The notes under the pieces are model-generated. The model was not told the DNA's origin and did no database searches. It was given only the letters and a program-made list of their open reading frames with translations. Shown piece by piece: positions 47,925 through 61,221 of a stretch of 64,000 nucleotides of DNA. Numbering within the stretch: the first letter of the stretch is position 1; each line of letters starts with the position of its first letter. Position numbers and translations under genes: made by a program. This DNA is from Felis catus (Eukaryota): positions 208,074,001 through 208,138,000 of the forward strand of contig NC_058368.1 of the NCBI RefSeq assembly GCF_018350175.1, read 5' to 3'.

Positions 47925-48108
47925 AGCAATCCTTCTCAAAGTGTGGTCCCTAGATCCAGCAACATCACCCAGGAACTTATTAGAAATGTAAATTCTCAGG
48001 CCTCACCCCTGATGCTGACCTGGCAGCTCTGGGGGTGGGGCCTCCAACGTGTGTGCTCAGGAGTCCTGGGGTAATTCTGACGCGTGCTGGAGTTTCACAA
48101 CTACCCGT
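47925..48108. mobile_element. MER5A (hAT-Charlie)
   Basis: 'ttctcaaagtgtggtccctaga...catcacccaggaacttattagaaatgtaaattctcaggcctcacccc...taattctgacgcgtgctggagtttcacaactac'. Confidence 0.82.
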
Positions 48109-48119
48109 CTACATTAATT

Positions 48120-48305
48120 ACCTTCAAATGCGGCGTCCCGAAGGATGACTCAGGAAGCTGACTGAAATGCAGAGTCCCAGACCCCATCCCTGAAGATACA
48201 GATTTCCTTGGTCTAGGGTGGGCCCTGGAAGTCCGTCTTGTTCATAAGCATCCCAGCATGATTTGGAGACAGGGGTCCAAGCCCCGAGCTTAGGGAAGCA
48301 CTGAC
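48120..48305. mobile_element. MER5B-like (hAT-Charlie)
   Basis: 'aaatgcagagtcccagaccccatccc...ggtctagggtgggccctggaagtc...ataagcatccca...ttagggaagcactg'. Confidence 0.7.
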
Positions 48306-49209
48306 CTATATATGCAGGAGCAGTAGAAATTTTCCACAGTGCTCCCGCCCCGTTCGGAAGGGACTCCCTTCAGGGCTAAGAATGAGCAGGTATCGCAATT
48401 CAGCGTCCCTCCGCCGTCGTTGGGTGAAGCTGGCTGCTAGGATTACCTATTGTGGCAGGTGGTTCTTTTCAGGATTACTCCAATACTAGAAGGTAGACCG
48501 GCCCCATCAGTTCCTTTCACGCTGACATCTGAAGCACGTTGCTAACTCCTAACCTGGGTGGGGCTTACAGGGCTGGCCTGGAAGCAAAAGCTTTTTATCC
48601 TGTTACTAGTTCCTTGAACCACAATCCAAGACACGGCTAGGTTTTCCCAGGAGTTTCGTTTTGCACAGCTGATGCATTCCAGTCATCGTTGGGATGCATT
48701 TCCTTCTCCTCTTTCCCTCCAGCCCCTGGACCATGCCTTATGTGCATATATAGGCTCCTGGGATCAACCTCCTCAAATCCTAACCGTCTCTCCGGGAAGC
48801 TGCCTCTCCTACCAGTGCCCGGCCCCTCTCTCTGCAGAACTGCGTTTGCCAAGACTTCTCTCAACTGAATCCCAGCTCAGAGAGGCAGCTGCTGGGTCTC
48901 AGACATCAGCTTCTAGGTACAGTATTGCTGTGGTTTGCCTCCTGCCTTCCCGGCTTTGTCTCCCACGTCCCTTTTAATTTCTTACCACTCCACTTTTCTG
49001 CTGCTTCTCAGGGTTCCTCAGCACTCTGTTCTTGGCTCTCCACTAATGAGAAACAATATTGCCCATATGTCTTACTGTGATTTATTCTCAACAGATTCTT
49101 TCTCCAGTCCATCTCTGGCACCTACAGAGATGGTCATCCTTTGTCCCCAGTCACTACAACCACACCAGCCTCTGTTTGGAGCACCATGTAGTAATGGGTA
49201 GGGTTCCAA

Positions 49210-49370
49210 TAGAGCCACTGTGTACAGTTGTGCAGTTTGTGCACTGCACAAAGACACCTGAGAAAGGGGGCAAGTGTAGACTGAAATCCAGCTTGCACTC
49301 TGCTTACCCAGATGAGTGCCTGATTCTGTGCTGTGGACACCTGGAGGACAGTGCACTGTTTTTTTTTAAT
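49210..49370. mobile_element. hAT-Tip100 fossil (MER91-like)
   Basis: 'agagccactgtgtacagttgtgcagtttgtgcactgcacaaagacacc' terminal motif. Confidence 0.6.
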
Positions 49371-49500
49371 GACCAAATATTTACGTAAGTACATAATTAC
49401 ATAAGATTATCAGCTGACACTAAATTAATCTGTTTTGTTGTCCTTTCATTGTTTATATGAAAATGAAGACTTTTAGAGTGTTTGAAAATATTTTATGGGA

Positions 49501-49727
49501 GGGGCACCCAGGTGATTGAGTCAGTTAAGCCTTTGACCCTTGATTTCACCTCAGGTCATAATCTTGCGATTCGTGAGTTCCAGTCCCACATCAGGCTCTG
49601 TGCTGACAGTGCAGAGCCTGCTTGGGATTCTCCCTCCCTCTCCCTCTCTCTATGCCCCTCCCCCACTCACGCTGTTTCTCTCTCTCTCTCTCTCCCCCTC
49701 AAAATCAATAAACTTAAAGAAGAAAAA
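49501..49727 (+). mobile_element. CAN-SINE
   Basis: TSD gaaaatatttt(a/g)tggga (49484-49500 / 49728-49744). Confidence 0.94.
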
Positions 49728-49754
49728 GAAAATATTTTGTGGGAAACAGTTAAT

Positions 49755-50112
49755 TCATATGTTTCGTTTCTTAGAGCAGTTTCAGGTTTATAGAAAAACT
49801 GAGCAAAAAGTATACAGGGTTCCATGTACCCCTCCCACTCCCTCCCACCAGTTTCCCCTATTATTAACATCTGGCAATAGTGTGGTACGTGTGTCACAAC
49901 TGATGGACCGATACACCATTATGAACTGAAGTCCAGAGTTTACATTAGGGTTCATTCTGTGTTACATATTCTACCGGTCTTGATAAGTGTAAAATAAAAT
50001 GTATTCACCAATTTTGTATCCTTCAGAATAGTATCACTAAAACTCCCCCATACAACCCTCCCTTCCCCAGGCCTGGGAAGCCACTGAGCCTTTTACCGTT
50101 TCATAGTTTTGC
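49755..50112 (-). mobile_element. L1 3' end (L1MC1-like)
   Basis: 'ttagagcagtttcaggtttatagaaaaactgagcaaaaagtatacagggttccatgtacc...gaagtccagagtttacattagggttcattc'. Confidence 0.85.
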
Positions 50113-50214
50113 AGAAGGTACACTTTTTTGCTTTGTACAAAGGAATATCTACCAGCCAAAACCGCAGGGATGCTTCTGCCTAGAGGTGCATCATTTTTAG
50201 AACTTAGCCGGTGC

Positions 50215-50452
50215 TAAGTCGGGACTCAGTCGATTAAGCGTCTGACTCCTGACTTTGGCTCATGACCCAGGTCATGATCTCAGGGTTCGTGAGTTTGAAC
50301 CCCCCAACTGGGCTCTGCATGGACAGCTTGCTTGGGATCCTGTCTCCCGTTCTCTCTCTGCCCCTGCCCCGCTTGCTCTCTACCTCTTCTCTCAAAATCG
50401 ATAGAAAATAAACTTTTAAAAAAAGTAAAAGTTACTTTCTAAAAGAAACAAG
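50215..50452 (+). mobile_element. Diverged CAN-SINE
   Basis: actcagtcgattaagcgtctgactcc...caggtcatgatctc; TSD-like aacttagccggtgc / aacttagccaatgc. Confidence 0.88.
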
Positions 50453-50634
50453 AAAACTTAGCCAATGCCTGGCACCTAAGATCAAGCCCACTTCGCGATC
50501 TTCCCCTGGGTCGGTTCAGTGAACCCATCTCCTCGTGTCTCCTGCTGTAGTTCATCCTTTCCCTGGTCAGCGTTACCTTATTCTCCCCTTTCCCCCATTC
50601 ATCCGTCCCTCCCCTTCTCTGATGAATCTTCTGT

Positions 50635-50841
50635 GTCATCATAGAACTTTCTGTAGTGATGGAAAGTTCTACATCTGTGCGGGTCGATACAGTAACTATG
50701 AGATTCATGTGGCTTTGAGCTCTTGAAAGGAGGCTTGTGTGAGGGAGGAACTGAATTTGAGAATTCATGTAATAATTTCATGTAATAATTTCAACTGAAC
50801 TAGCCCTTGTGGCTGGTGGCTAGTGTATTGGACAGCACAGG
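50635..50841. mobile_element. MER3 (hAT-Charlie)
   Basis: 'atagaactttctgtagtgatggaaagttctacatctgtgc...tgtggctggtggctagtgtattggacagcacag'. Confidence 0.82.
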
Positions 50842-52489
50842 TGTAAGTTTTTGCCTCTGCCAGATCACCCTTTGTGATAGCGTTCATAAACTTTCCCCTG
50901 ACCTTACACTTGAAATCCTCCCCTCCCACGGGAATCTTCCCTAGTTAGGAAAGACACAGGATCCTGCCTGACCCCTTGTTGGAATACATAGCTCCCAGAT
51001 CTGTCAGGTTCATCGCCATAAAATATGCACCTATCCTTCTCTTGACATGTAATATTAACAAGCTTATAACATTTCGTTATTTTAGGAGGCATTTCCATGT
51101 TCCTTAACCATGTATTTTTATGTCTCCCTCTGTTAAATGTTCTCTGTTCAAAACTCTGTACTCCTAGGAAACAGAGTAGAATTACATAACTAATGTTTTA
51201 GTTGGCAGTAACTATAAGCCATTGTTAGTGGGTTGACACATGTCATTTTAGATGATTGTAGTACGATATTTCAGGTATGAACGAAGGAGAAGAGAAGAAA
51301 CAATAACATCAAAAGAAACTAAGAATTTCAGTTCTGGAGTCAGCATGAGGTGAGCAAGGAGCCCTGGGCTGTGGGCTCTCGGGACATCTGAGACAGCTGA
51401 CAGCCTCTCAGGAGGCTGGAGGTCTAAGGACATCTGTGCCACCAGCAACCCATGACATTAGTCACATCACTTCATCTCTCAGGGTCTCTGCTTTCTTGCA
51501 TGCAGGGTTTTGACCAGATGCTCCAATTTAAGGTCTCTCCCAGACTGAAGTGCCCCTTGGGTCACAAGTAGTTTGGGAATAACTAGGAAAGTTGGAACCA
51601 ACTTTTGTGACACGGAACATTCCACACAACATTTCACGCCCACCACCGCCCCCTTCCCCAACCAGCAGAGTTTACGATGAACGTATCAACCTTGGTAAGG
51701 AAAAGACCAAAACAGTATTTCGAGAGCTGACAAAACCCAGGTCAGAGTGCATCATTGGTCCAGACTATAGCTGCTAAACTGACCACAAAAGCTTGTGAAT
51801 AGTCTATATGGTGTCCTTAAAACATCTGCACAAACCCTTTATTTCCGGTACTTTGAACAGAAATAAACACAGTCTTTAATCCAATTTCTGCCCTCTACAG
51901 ATGAAAAGTTAAAGTATAAGCATGGGCTCCCTGGCAGTGTCTCTTACCTACATGCCCATGTGAGCGGGTCAGTTAAATGCCTGGTCTGTGTTATATAAGC
52001 AGCAGGAAATATTTGCATATAAAAACAGGGTGAGTTACGCTGAAGTGAAGTCTGTGTTCTGGAACTCTTAATGTGCGCATAATTACCACTTAGGCTTCCA
52101 AGCGAAATGATTTGCTAATGGCAACTGAAATGTGACATGTCCCAGAGTGAAATAATTGATTCATAACTTGAGAGGATCTGAGTAGATTGTCCTCAGCCAA
52201 GTGCCTAACTAGTTTTCCTTTCTGTCCCTAGACCTTGCTTCTGCTGCCTCACGTGTAAAACAGGAACAGTGTGGTGGCGACTGAGTGAAACGAATACCTA
52301 GTACCACAAACCTTTCGTTCAGAATCCTCGCCACCATTGCAATTAGACATTTGTTTATATCCTCACTCATCTACTGTCTCTCTTTGCTAGACTGGAAGTT
52401 CCAGGAAGGCAGGGATTGTGTTAGCTTTTGCTCAGGGCTGTAGTAGGGAGTCAAGAAACATCCCAATAAAACACGGAAGCTATTTTCAG

Positions 52490-52695
52490 TCACTGGAGTC
52501 GAATGCCTGGACTTGGATCCTGTGCTCTCGGATAAGCAGCTTTCCTGCCCGTGCCTTAGTTTCCTCCTTTGCAAAGGAGGATAACAATGATATTGACTTG
52601 ATGGACTAATTGTGGGAATTAAATGAGATAGTACACGTGAAGAGCTCAGAACAGTGTCTGGTTCATAGTGAGGACTCCGTAAATGTTAACGATTT
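52490..52695 (+). mobile_element. MIR
   Basis: 'ccttagtttcctcctttgcaaagga...aattaaatgagatagtacacgtgaagagctcagaacagtgtctggttcatagt'. Confidence 0.82.
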
Positions 52696-53646
52696 TTAAT
52701 GAGATGCAACAATGCTAGTTGATGTGTAACGAGCCCCGCATGAGGGATAGTTCTTCTTCTTTTTGCCGTTGCTGTGGAAAGAGTATTTGCCCTTGGAAGT
52801 ATCCATTATTTGGAGGTCCCCAGTCACATGCACTAGAGCAGGACGGCTACTTCCCTTCGTACATTCTGCCAGGCGCGGGGGCGGAGACAGGGTGTCAAAG
52901 GAGATACCAAAAAGAGGTTCACGAGAGTACATGGGTATCTGAGGCTCAAGGGAAGTTACAGAATGCTTTACCACCTCCCTAAATTCACCCCTCCCTTCCC
53001 ACCTCGAACTCTCCACCCCAAGAGAGGCGAGTATTTAGCCAGTCCTCCCTGAAAGCTCCCCGCTTACAAATCAGCCACCCCTATAGGATCTCTCTTCCCA
53101 TCACAGTTGAAAGATGCTCTTCAGCAACCCATTCTCTTGCAGAAATAATTTATTGCCAGAAGGTAAATGATAGAAGCCTATATTCTATATTTGGGACAGG
53201 AAGGGAAAACAAGAGAAAAGACTTGAGGCTAATTCTCGACCCCACCTTTACTAACGGAATCATCTCTGTAAGTTGCTAGATTAACTGTGTCTCAGAATAA
53301 TATCAGGTGGGAATCATCGATATGTGATCTACCTCCTGGGTTTATGAAAATTAAATGAATATGTAAAGGACCTAGTTCCAATTAAGGCAAGAGGGTTTCT
53401 AAATTATGAAACAGAAATTTTGCCCCCTGCCCTCCCAACTCTAGCCATTCTGAGTTTCCAAACTGATCTGGGAGATTTAGTTAAGGGCTTTTTCCTTTCT
53501 CCTGGGACTCCCTTTTTAAAGGCTGAGGCTACTTTCTGTTGGAGGACAAAGAACAAGGGGGAAGAACACATACACACACACACATACACACAAATACATG
53601 CACACTTTCTTTTCTTCTTTGCCTTCTGACTCCTTCTCTAACTTCT

Positions 53647-54089
53647 TTTTTTTTTAACGTTTATTAATTTTTGAGAGAGAGTGAGTGAGTGTGAGTGACG
53701 GAGGGGCAGAGACGGGGACAGAAAATCCAAAGCAGTCTCTATGCTGACAACAGCCCTATGCGGGGCTCAAACTCACAAACCGCAAGATCAGGACCTGAGC
53801 ATGGGGTGCCTGGGTGGCTCAGTTGGTTAAGCGACCAACTTCGGCTCAGGTCATGATCTCACAGTTTGTGAGTTCAAGCCCCGCGTCGGGCTCTGTGCTG
53901 ACAGCTCAGAGCCTGGAGCCTGCCTTGGATTCTCTGTCTCCCTCTCTCGCTGCCCCTCCCCTGCTCACGCTCTGTGTCTGTCTCTCAATAGTAAATAAAC
54001 GTTAAAAAAAAAAAAATTAAAAAAAAAAAAAAGATCAGGACCTGAGCCAAAAAGTTGGACATTTAACCACTGAGCCACCCAGGCACCCC
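53647..54089 (-). mobile_element. CAN-SINE (outer), split by an antisense SINE
   Basis: 3' part 53647-53800 and 5' head 54048-54089; own TSD tccttctctaa(c/t)ttct (53631-53646 / 54090-54105). Confidence 0.93.
53803..54030 (+). mobile_element. CAN-SINE, felid type (inner)
   Basis: Perfect 17-bp TSD aagatcaggacctgagc (53784-53800 / 54031-54047), derived from the outer SINE body. Confidence 0.96.
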
Positions 54090-55944
54090 TCCTTCTCTAA
54101 TTTCTAAATAAAACTTGAATGATGCTATAATCTCATTTCAATATTTTCCATATGCTGTTCTTTAATGGAATAAGGTCATCAAATTTTATCCTTAACCGCT
54201 CCCCAAATTTCTGGTCTGAGTGACACCAGATTTGAATTTTATGGCATTTTCAGGAGCAAGTTTTGCCCATGTAATTTGGGATTCAATTTCATTTATTTGA
54301 GAACTGTTATTAAAATCAGATTATTTTTAATAAGCAAATCCACTCTGATATTTTATTCTTTTTTTTACAATTAAGGAGCACGTACTTTAATATTCATAGT
54401 TCTTTGAACTATGCATTACTATTTCTTGTTTGAACATGATCTGGCAAGATCAATAGTTATCCTGTAAAAAATATAAATCGGGGAATGGGTTAGCATGACA
54501 CTTAAAGAAGGCAGTATCTCACAGAACATAATTGTAAACAATGAGAACAGTACCCTAGATCTCTCAGTGTGAAAGTAAACTGAATATAAGAAATATGTGC
54601 ATGATCTGACCCATTTTATTCTGATAGGTAGAATATATAAAAACTTTGCCAACCTGTAGATTCATGGTTTAGACCAACGATTGGGTAGGTGATCTGGAAA
54701 ATAAAAGAAAAAGCTCAGAGCATTTCACGAATCTTACTGGAGCAAACCGACCTCTAAAGAAAAATTTTCAAGTTCAAGTTCCCAAGTTCAAGTCTTAATG
54801 TAGCTTTTAGCCTATTACAAGCCTTTCCACAGTATTGAAAGGACATAACTTGATTAATTCATGGGGATTTAAGACCTTTTTTAAAAAGATACTCAAAGAC
54901 CTAAGCAAGTATCTGAATTTTATAAATGTTTTATTTTTTACTTGTCTGAGCCAAATCAGGTGTCCTGCTAGTAACTCTAACCACATACAACTTTTAACCT
55001 AAGGAAAAAAAAGGGGGGGAGTGGGGGCAGGGAGGAAAGAAAAAAATATGCTTTGGGATTTAGTTAGAATTGGATTCATTTCCTTTCTAAGAAGCAATGA
55101 CTTATGTAGGACTTTTCAACAATGAGGCTGGTTAAAAATAGCTCAAGCCATGGGGAACGATTGGACAATCTCATGCCATGTCACACACAGTGCTCTTAGT
55201 GTCCAAATTATTTCCCCCGAGCCCCTTCCTCTTCCCGGCTCCTCCCTCTCCCCCTTGCCAGGAGTGACTTTCTGCTCAGAGAGAAACTGCCTGGCTGTGT
55301 GGCCCCAAGAGTTTGGTTCCCGGGACAGATGCTGGTCTCCCGGTTCTGGGGCTTTCCACCTGTGTGACCTTCAGCTAGTGGCTTAACCTTCTGAACCTCA
55401 GTTGACCCATCTGCAACAGAGCACTCACTTTGCAAGGTTATTGTTAGAACCAAATCAGACTGTGGAGACATTGCTGACGGCACAGTGTTTCCCCAGAGCC
55501 CCCAGTTGCAGTGAACTTTCACTTTGGCATAATATTGCCCTAGGTCAAAATCAAGTGGCTTTGGGGGTATGTATAAATGGATGGGGTCAGAATATAGATC
55601 CCAAATTCTAGCCTCCAAGAAGGAACAGAATACAGGTTATACCTCCTGGACAGTGCTTTTGAATCCCTACAACTAAGGTGGGCCCTGGTACCTAGTAAGC
55701 ATTAGACACATGTGTTTTGAATATTTTTCTTGGTGGATTTGATAGAGGTAAGATTCCCCGACTAGAATGGAGATGGTAAAACTAGGAGACAGTAGAGAAT
55801 GATGAGTTAAGAACAAAGGATAGGAGTCAAGCACATTGGGTTCAAATTCCGGCTTAGGAGTGACTTTGGACCAAGATGCTTAATTTTTATGAATCTGGGT
55901 TTAAATCTGATCCTTCTTTTTTCTATTCCACCCCCCCCCAACCA

Positions 55945-55948
<4 letters not shown>

Positions 55949-55999
<51 letters not shown>
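55949..55999. repeat. (CA)n microsatellite
   Basis: Perfect run of about 25 units. Confidence 0.95.
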
Positions 56000-56001
<2 letters not shown>

Positions 56002-57140
56002 CAATACCACACTGAATGGCTTCATGCTGTGTCCAGGATAAAACATGGCCCACCAGGTTCTCCTGCCTTTCTATCCCTGGTTGTCTCAGCTCCAGCAATA
56101 GTGGTCCAGTGCTATCACTGTCTCATCCGTCTGGTATGATTTTTGCCCCCAACACCAGCACCTTTCCTCCCATTACCTGAATAACCTGAATGGCCTTAAA
56201 CATCGTTTTCCCAGTGGGATTTTCTTCCCATCCAAGTCTAGTTTAGGACTCCTGTATATGCTCCTTAGTTTCCCCCTTTCTTCATACTCATTGCACTATG
56301 ATGTCTCTTTCCCCCCATCAGACTCCATGAGATATGAAGGAAGAGGCTGGGGTGGGGTGGGAGCGTCAGGCTTACCTTTTGACTGCTATACTCCCAGGGT
56401 CTAGCCCGGAGCCTGCTCATAATACTCACTGACCGGATGCATGAAGGACTTAGTGTCAGGACACTAATATCTACTCGTAGGCTTGTGAGCACTAAAGGAG
56501 AGGATGTATGCATAGAGTTCAGCACAACTCTCGGTCCATGGTACATGTCTCAGTCCATGGTGGCTATCATCACTAATAAGAATGTGTAAGTGATGAATTT
56601 GTTTCATGTATAAATTCTTCGGTGGGCACTTCTCCAATGGGAGAGTTAAAGGAAGGTAGCAAGGTGCCCTTTGGTACCCATTCTTCTGATTACTATTTGA
56701 GAGTTTTAGAGCAGAATGAGGTAGAATAACATGCCAAACCTAAAATTGGATCCAGGATAGAAATGGCTTTGATGTGATGGATCTAGCGTGATTATATGTT
56801 TGCATGGGCTTCGGGTCTGGCTACGTTCCAGGCACAAACGTCTATAATCCAGTCTGTCAACCAGATGTTACCAGTTTTGGGAGATTTTTTTTTTTTTTTT
56901 ACCAGAAATATGATCAATGCTTATAGAAACCTACATGTTAGCACTTGCAAAATGACTGCAGTGAATATTGTAAAAATACAATTTGCAGCAGATAATTATG
57001 GCATCCGCATGACAATCTTATACTTGAGTAATAAAGTGTGACTACTGTACCTACAGCTGGAATTTTAAGGTAGGGTTTTCATGATGAGAGCAAGACAAGG
57101 TTATGTGAAACTTGGTGTGCTAAAGTTGCATCTTTTCTTT

Positions 57141-57315
57141 TAATATGTATTTATTTATTTCGAGAGAGACAGAAAGGCAGAGAGAGAATCCCAAGCAGGC
57201 CCTGCACTGTTAGTGTAGAGCCCAACACGTGGCTCGAACTCACAGACCAAGAGGTTATGACCTGAGCTGAAACCAAGACTCAGATGCTTAACTGACTGAT
57301 CGACCCAGGCACCGC
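57141..57315 (-). mobile_element. CAN-SINE, older copy
   Basis: gagagaatcccaagcagg...atgacctgagctgaaaccaagactcagatgcttaactgactgatcgacccaggcacc. Confidence 0.92.
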
Positions 57316-57725
57316 TGCACGTTCCTTTACTAAAAGATTACAAATAAGTGTGAGGCCTTTTCTTTCAACTGACCAGGTCTCATAATTAAGTTACATAATT
57401 TGCTGAAAATCTAACATGGGCAGGATAGATGTTGATGATTCTTAGTGTTGGAAGAAACTTTACTATTCCAAGGAATGAAGTCATAATGTTGGTATGATAC
57501 GTATCAGGACTGATGTTTTAAAATGAGAACTTTTAATTCCACCTTCTAAGACTGGTGCAAAGCTTCATGGAGGGGGAGGGAGGCAGGGAGCAAAGGGATA
57601 TTTGGGAAAAAAGGGAGGAAAGCCTGACTAGCTTCTACCTCTTGTAATTTTGAATCCCTCTACTACTGGCATCCTGAGACGTTTTCCCTGAGGATTCCTG
57701 ATTGAGCTTCTGTTAATAGACTTGG

Positions 57726-58140
57726 TGTATCAGTTAGGGATGTATTTGGCTACAAGTAACAGAAAACCCAAACGACAGTGGCTTCCATAAATAGATTACT
57801 TTTCACACATACAGAAATCCAGAAGCAGGTGGTTGCTGGCCTTGTTTGTAGCTCGTGAGGGACCCAGTCATTCTGCCTGTTTGCTCTGCCATCCCCACTG
57901 CTCATGTTCCAAGATGGGCCAAGACGTTTGCTGTAGTTCAGATATCACATCGCTTTGAAAGCAGGAGGAGAGTGGTCTGTCTGTCTCTTCTTAGTGGGAT
58001 ATCAAAGGCTTTACCAGAACTCCCAGGCAAATATCTAGTTGTGTCTCACTGCATGGGAAAGTGACTATTTAGCTGGACAAGTGTTTAGTGATGAAAAAGA
58101 GGGAAATGGGTCTTAGATAAGCAACTCCACTGATGCTACA
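57726..58140 (-). mobile_element. MaLR solo LTR (MLT1J-like)
   Basis: Starts 'tgtatcagttagggatgtatttggctacaagtaacagaaaaccc...cagtggctt' and ends '...gatgctaca' (TG...CA termini). Confidence 0.72.
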
Positions 58141-58386
58141 CTTGATTTAGTCTTCGTGCTATCCTGGTTGTCGATGGGAAGTGGGGAAGTGGATAGACTC
58201 ACGTACGTGATCGGTCATGCTCCCTTGGTGGGAGTGGATGAGTAAGTGAAGATTTGACAGACCATTTCTGGTGGTTTCCAATTCCATAATAGCTCAGCTA
58301 GCAAGGGAATTCATTAATAATATTTTGTTGTTAACTTATACTTTAAAAACTATGATGTTATTTAGAATAAAGTATATAGCCATTCT

Positions 58387-58590
58387 GGGGTGCGTGGGTG
58401 GCTCAGTCGGTTGAGTGTCCAACTCTTGGTTTTGGCTCAGGTCATTATCTCACGATTCGTAGGATCAGGCCCTGAATTGGTTCACAGCCTGTTTGGGATT
58501 CTCTCTCTCTCCCTCTCTGCCCCTCCTCTGCTTATGCTCTCTCTCTCTCCTTCAAAATAAATAAATAAACAAACTTAAAAACAAAAAAAG
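58387..58590 (+). mobile_element. CAN-SINE
   Basis: TSD atatagccattctg (58374-58387 / 58593-58606). Confidence 0.94.
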
Positions 58591-59609
58591 GCATATAGCC
58601 ATTCTGAGCAGAATTAGATGCTGTCCTACACAGGATGAGTGACTAAGTAACCATTTGCAATGGTTCGTAGGTGACTCTGTATGACTATGTGCACTCTAGA
58701 AATAACTGGGCCTTCTTGATGTCCAGACTGGCACACAGCCTTCTTGCCAAGTCGGAAAGAGATCTGAAAATTCCCATTCCATTCCATTTGCAGAAGCCAC
58801 CACAGCATTTCTTCTTCTGACCCTAATGGGAAGCACATGGAGATCACTGAACGTCGGGAGCCCTCCTATGCTCAAATTATGTTTTTCAAGCCAGGGCTAT
58901 GATAAAGTAACCTCCAAACATGACCCTGGCAAAAGTCAGTAGTCTTGCTTATTCTGGCCACGTTCCTGGTGCAATCCAGGGTTCTGGGAAGATTTACTTT
59001 AATTACAACCTTTTTTGCCCTCTTTCTCTCCCGCTTACACTCATGATTTCTTACATAACATGTGTTAGAGTTAGCAAAACCGAAAATTTCATTCTTGAGC
59101 TCATTAAATGGATGTAATGTGTGCTTGGCTTCTTTTCTTTTAGAAGATCTGGCCAAATTAGCATGTTGTACTGTGTTTCTGAGGCATACGTAACTTCAGT
59201 CCTCTTTAATTCTTTAGTTTTTATGTCTCAGTGAAACTTCATTTTTGTTTTCCATGGCAAAGATAATAAAGAGACTTACTGTATTCTTAAAAATTTTTCC
59301 CTAGCCAAACAATACCCTATGGAGAATATTGCCTCTAAAGCCTTTTTCTTGGTATTCTAAACAGTGCTCATGAGAATTGGCTCATTTCCAAAAAGTTTTG
59401 CATGGCACTTATATATGAAAGTTAAAATTCACATTAATTAACTTGGAACATATTGGCTAATACTAACAGCACCACATTCTCCATGAATCATGGAAGTATT
59501 AGCATGCATTAAAATACCAGATTTTGGAAGTATTTTCAATTGTACCACATTGCTTACCACAAAACATGTAAGTCGTAATTTTTGCCTTCTGTTCGACAGC
59601 AGCTCAGTG

Positions 59610-60020
59610 GGACAGACATTAATTGAGCACCTTATGTATGTGCAAAGGCCATCTGCTCTAAGAGAGAAACTGGACAGCACAATACCTGCTCTCACAGGAC
59701 ACTTATTCCTTTGAGAAGAAACAGACGTGTAAACCAATAATTGCAAGGGTTTGTGAAAACACAATGATGAAAAGATACCCAGGCACAGAATTTAACTCTG
59801 TTGGAGTATAGTGAGGAGAAGGTGTTGGAAGGAGTTCAAAGGGAAAGTGACACCTGATGAAAAGTTTTCCTTGATGTGGGGTGGGGGGGAGCTGCGGGAG
59901 TGGTGGGAGAACATTCTGGGCAGAGAGAAAGCAAGTGGGGTGTGAAGGAAGAGCCCAGGTAAGGAGTGATGCGGGCCCAAACTAAGACAGTGCCAGTGAG
60001 GAGACCGGGGACAAATCTGC
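59610..60020 (-). mobile_element. L2 3' fragment
   Basis: 'agacattaattgagcaccttatgtatgtgcaaggcc'-like terminus and downstream L2 antisense motifs. Confidence 0.6.
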
Positions 60021-61221
60021 AATCCTTAGGGGGTAACACCGAGCACTTCAGCAGTTGGCTTCATTTCGTATCTTTGGTAACATGCTACCAAAGGTGGGAC
60101 TTTTTGATGGTTCAAGATAATTTTGCTGGTACTGTCTTTTCAATAGACAACCCGATTTAAAGCAAAGCTTTGACAAACATTAGGTGGGCATAATCTGTTT
60201 TCATTTGAATATTACACGTACATAAATGCCCAAGACTTTTTAATACGTGCAAAAATAGCATCTTTTAAAGGCATTTATTCTTGGTACGTAGCAATGAACT
60301 AAGAGCAAAATAAGAAAATGACATAATATTTGGTGAGCACGGAGAAAACCCCAAACTGGCTTTCTCACTGGTCTCCTTTCTGCCTTCATGAAGGAGTTAC
60401 TTGGTCACCTACCACTGCCTATTAGCAGAAACGTTTTCCCGGCCTTGCCTATAAATGGCCAGGCAATAAACTGCCTCATTCATCCATTCTGTTGACACGT
60501 TCCGGCTACTAGGATGCTGGGAATCAAGGGAAATCAAGAAGTTGTGGTCATTGCCTCTGAGAGAAAGGGGGGCATAAACAGATATTCTCAGCACAGTGTG
60601 ACAGACACTCTATTAGAAGTGGAGCCAGAGTCCTGAGAGAATGAAGAGAAGTGTACCAACTGCTAGGTGCCAACAGAAAAACTTCACAAAGGAGGTGATA
60701 ATAAAGCTTGGAAAGTTTTGAAGGAAGGAGAAAAGGAGGGGCGTGTGATGGCATTTCAAATATAAGGAACCGTGGACGACCATATTATTGTCTCTAAGTA
60801 TTTGCTCCATCCTGCTGTGAGAGGTTTTTATTTCTCTGCCCCTTAATTGGCGCAGGGAAAACCTCAGAGACCTGGGCATGGTTGTTACAGTTGCATGACT
60901 AACACAGAAGCATTGTGTGCAAAGGCACAGAACTAGGAATGAGTATGGAGTCTCTGAGGAATGGGAGGCTTAGCACAGCCCAGAGTGTAGACTCCGTGTG
61001 TAGAGCCTCTGTGGCCAATATGGAACCCAGAAAGGCAATTGAGAACAGATTTTTAAATGGTTTTAAATGTCCTTCTGAACAAGCTGAGCTGCATTCTTTA
61101 CACAGTAGGAAGCCAGTAAAGCTAAGGATTGACATGATGAGATTTGTTTCTTAGGAAGATGATTCTAATGGGGTGGAAAGAGACTAGTACCAGAAGAATC
61201 AGCTAAAAAAGTTGTTGTGAT

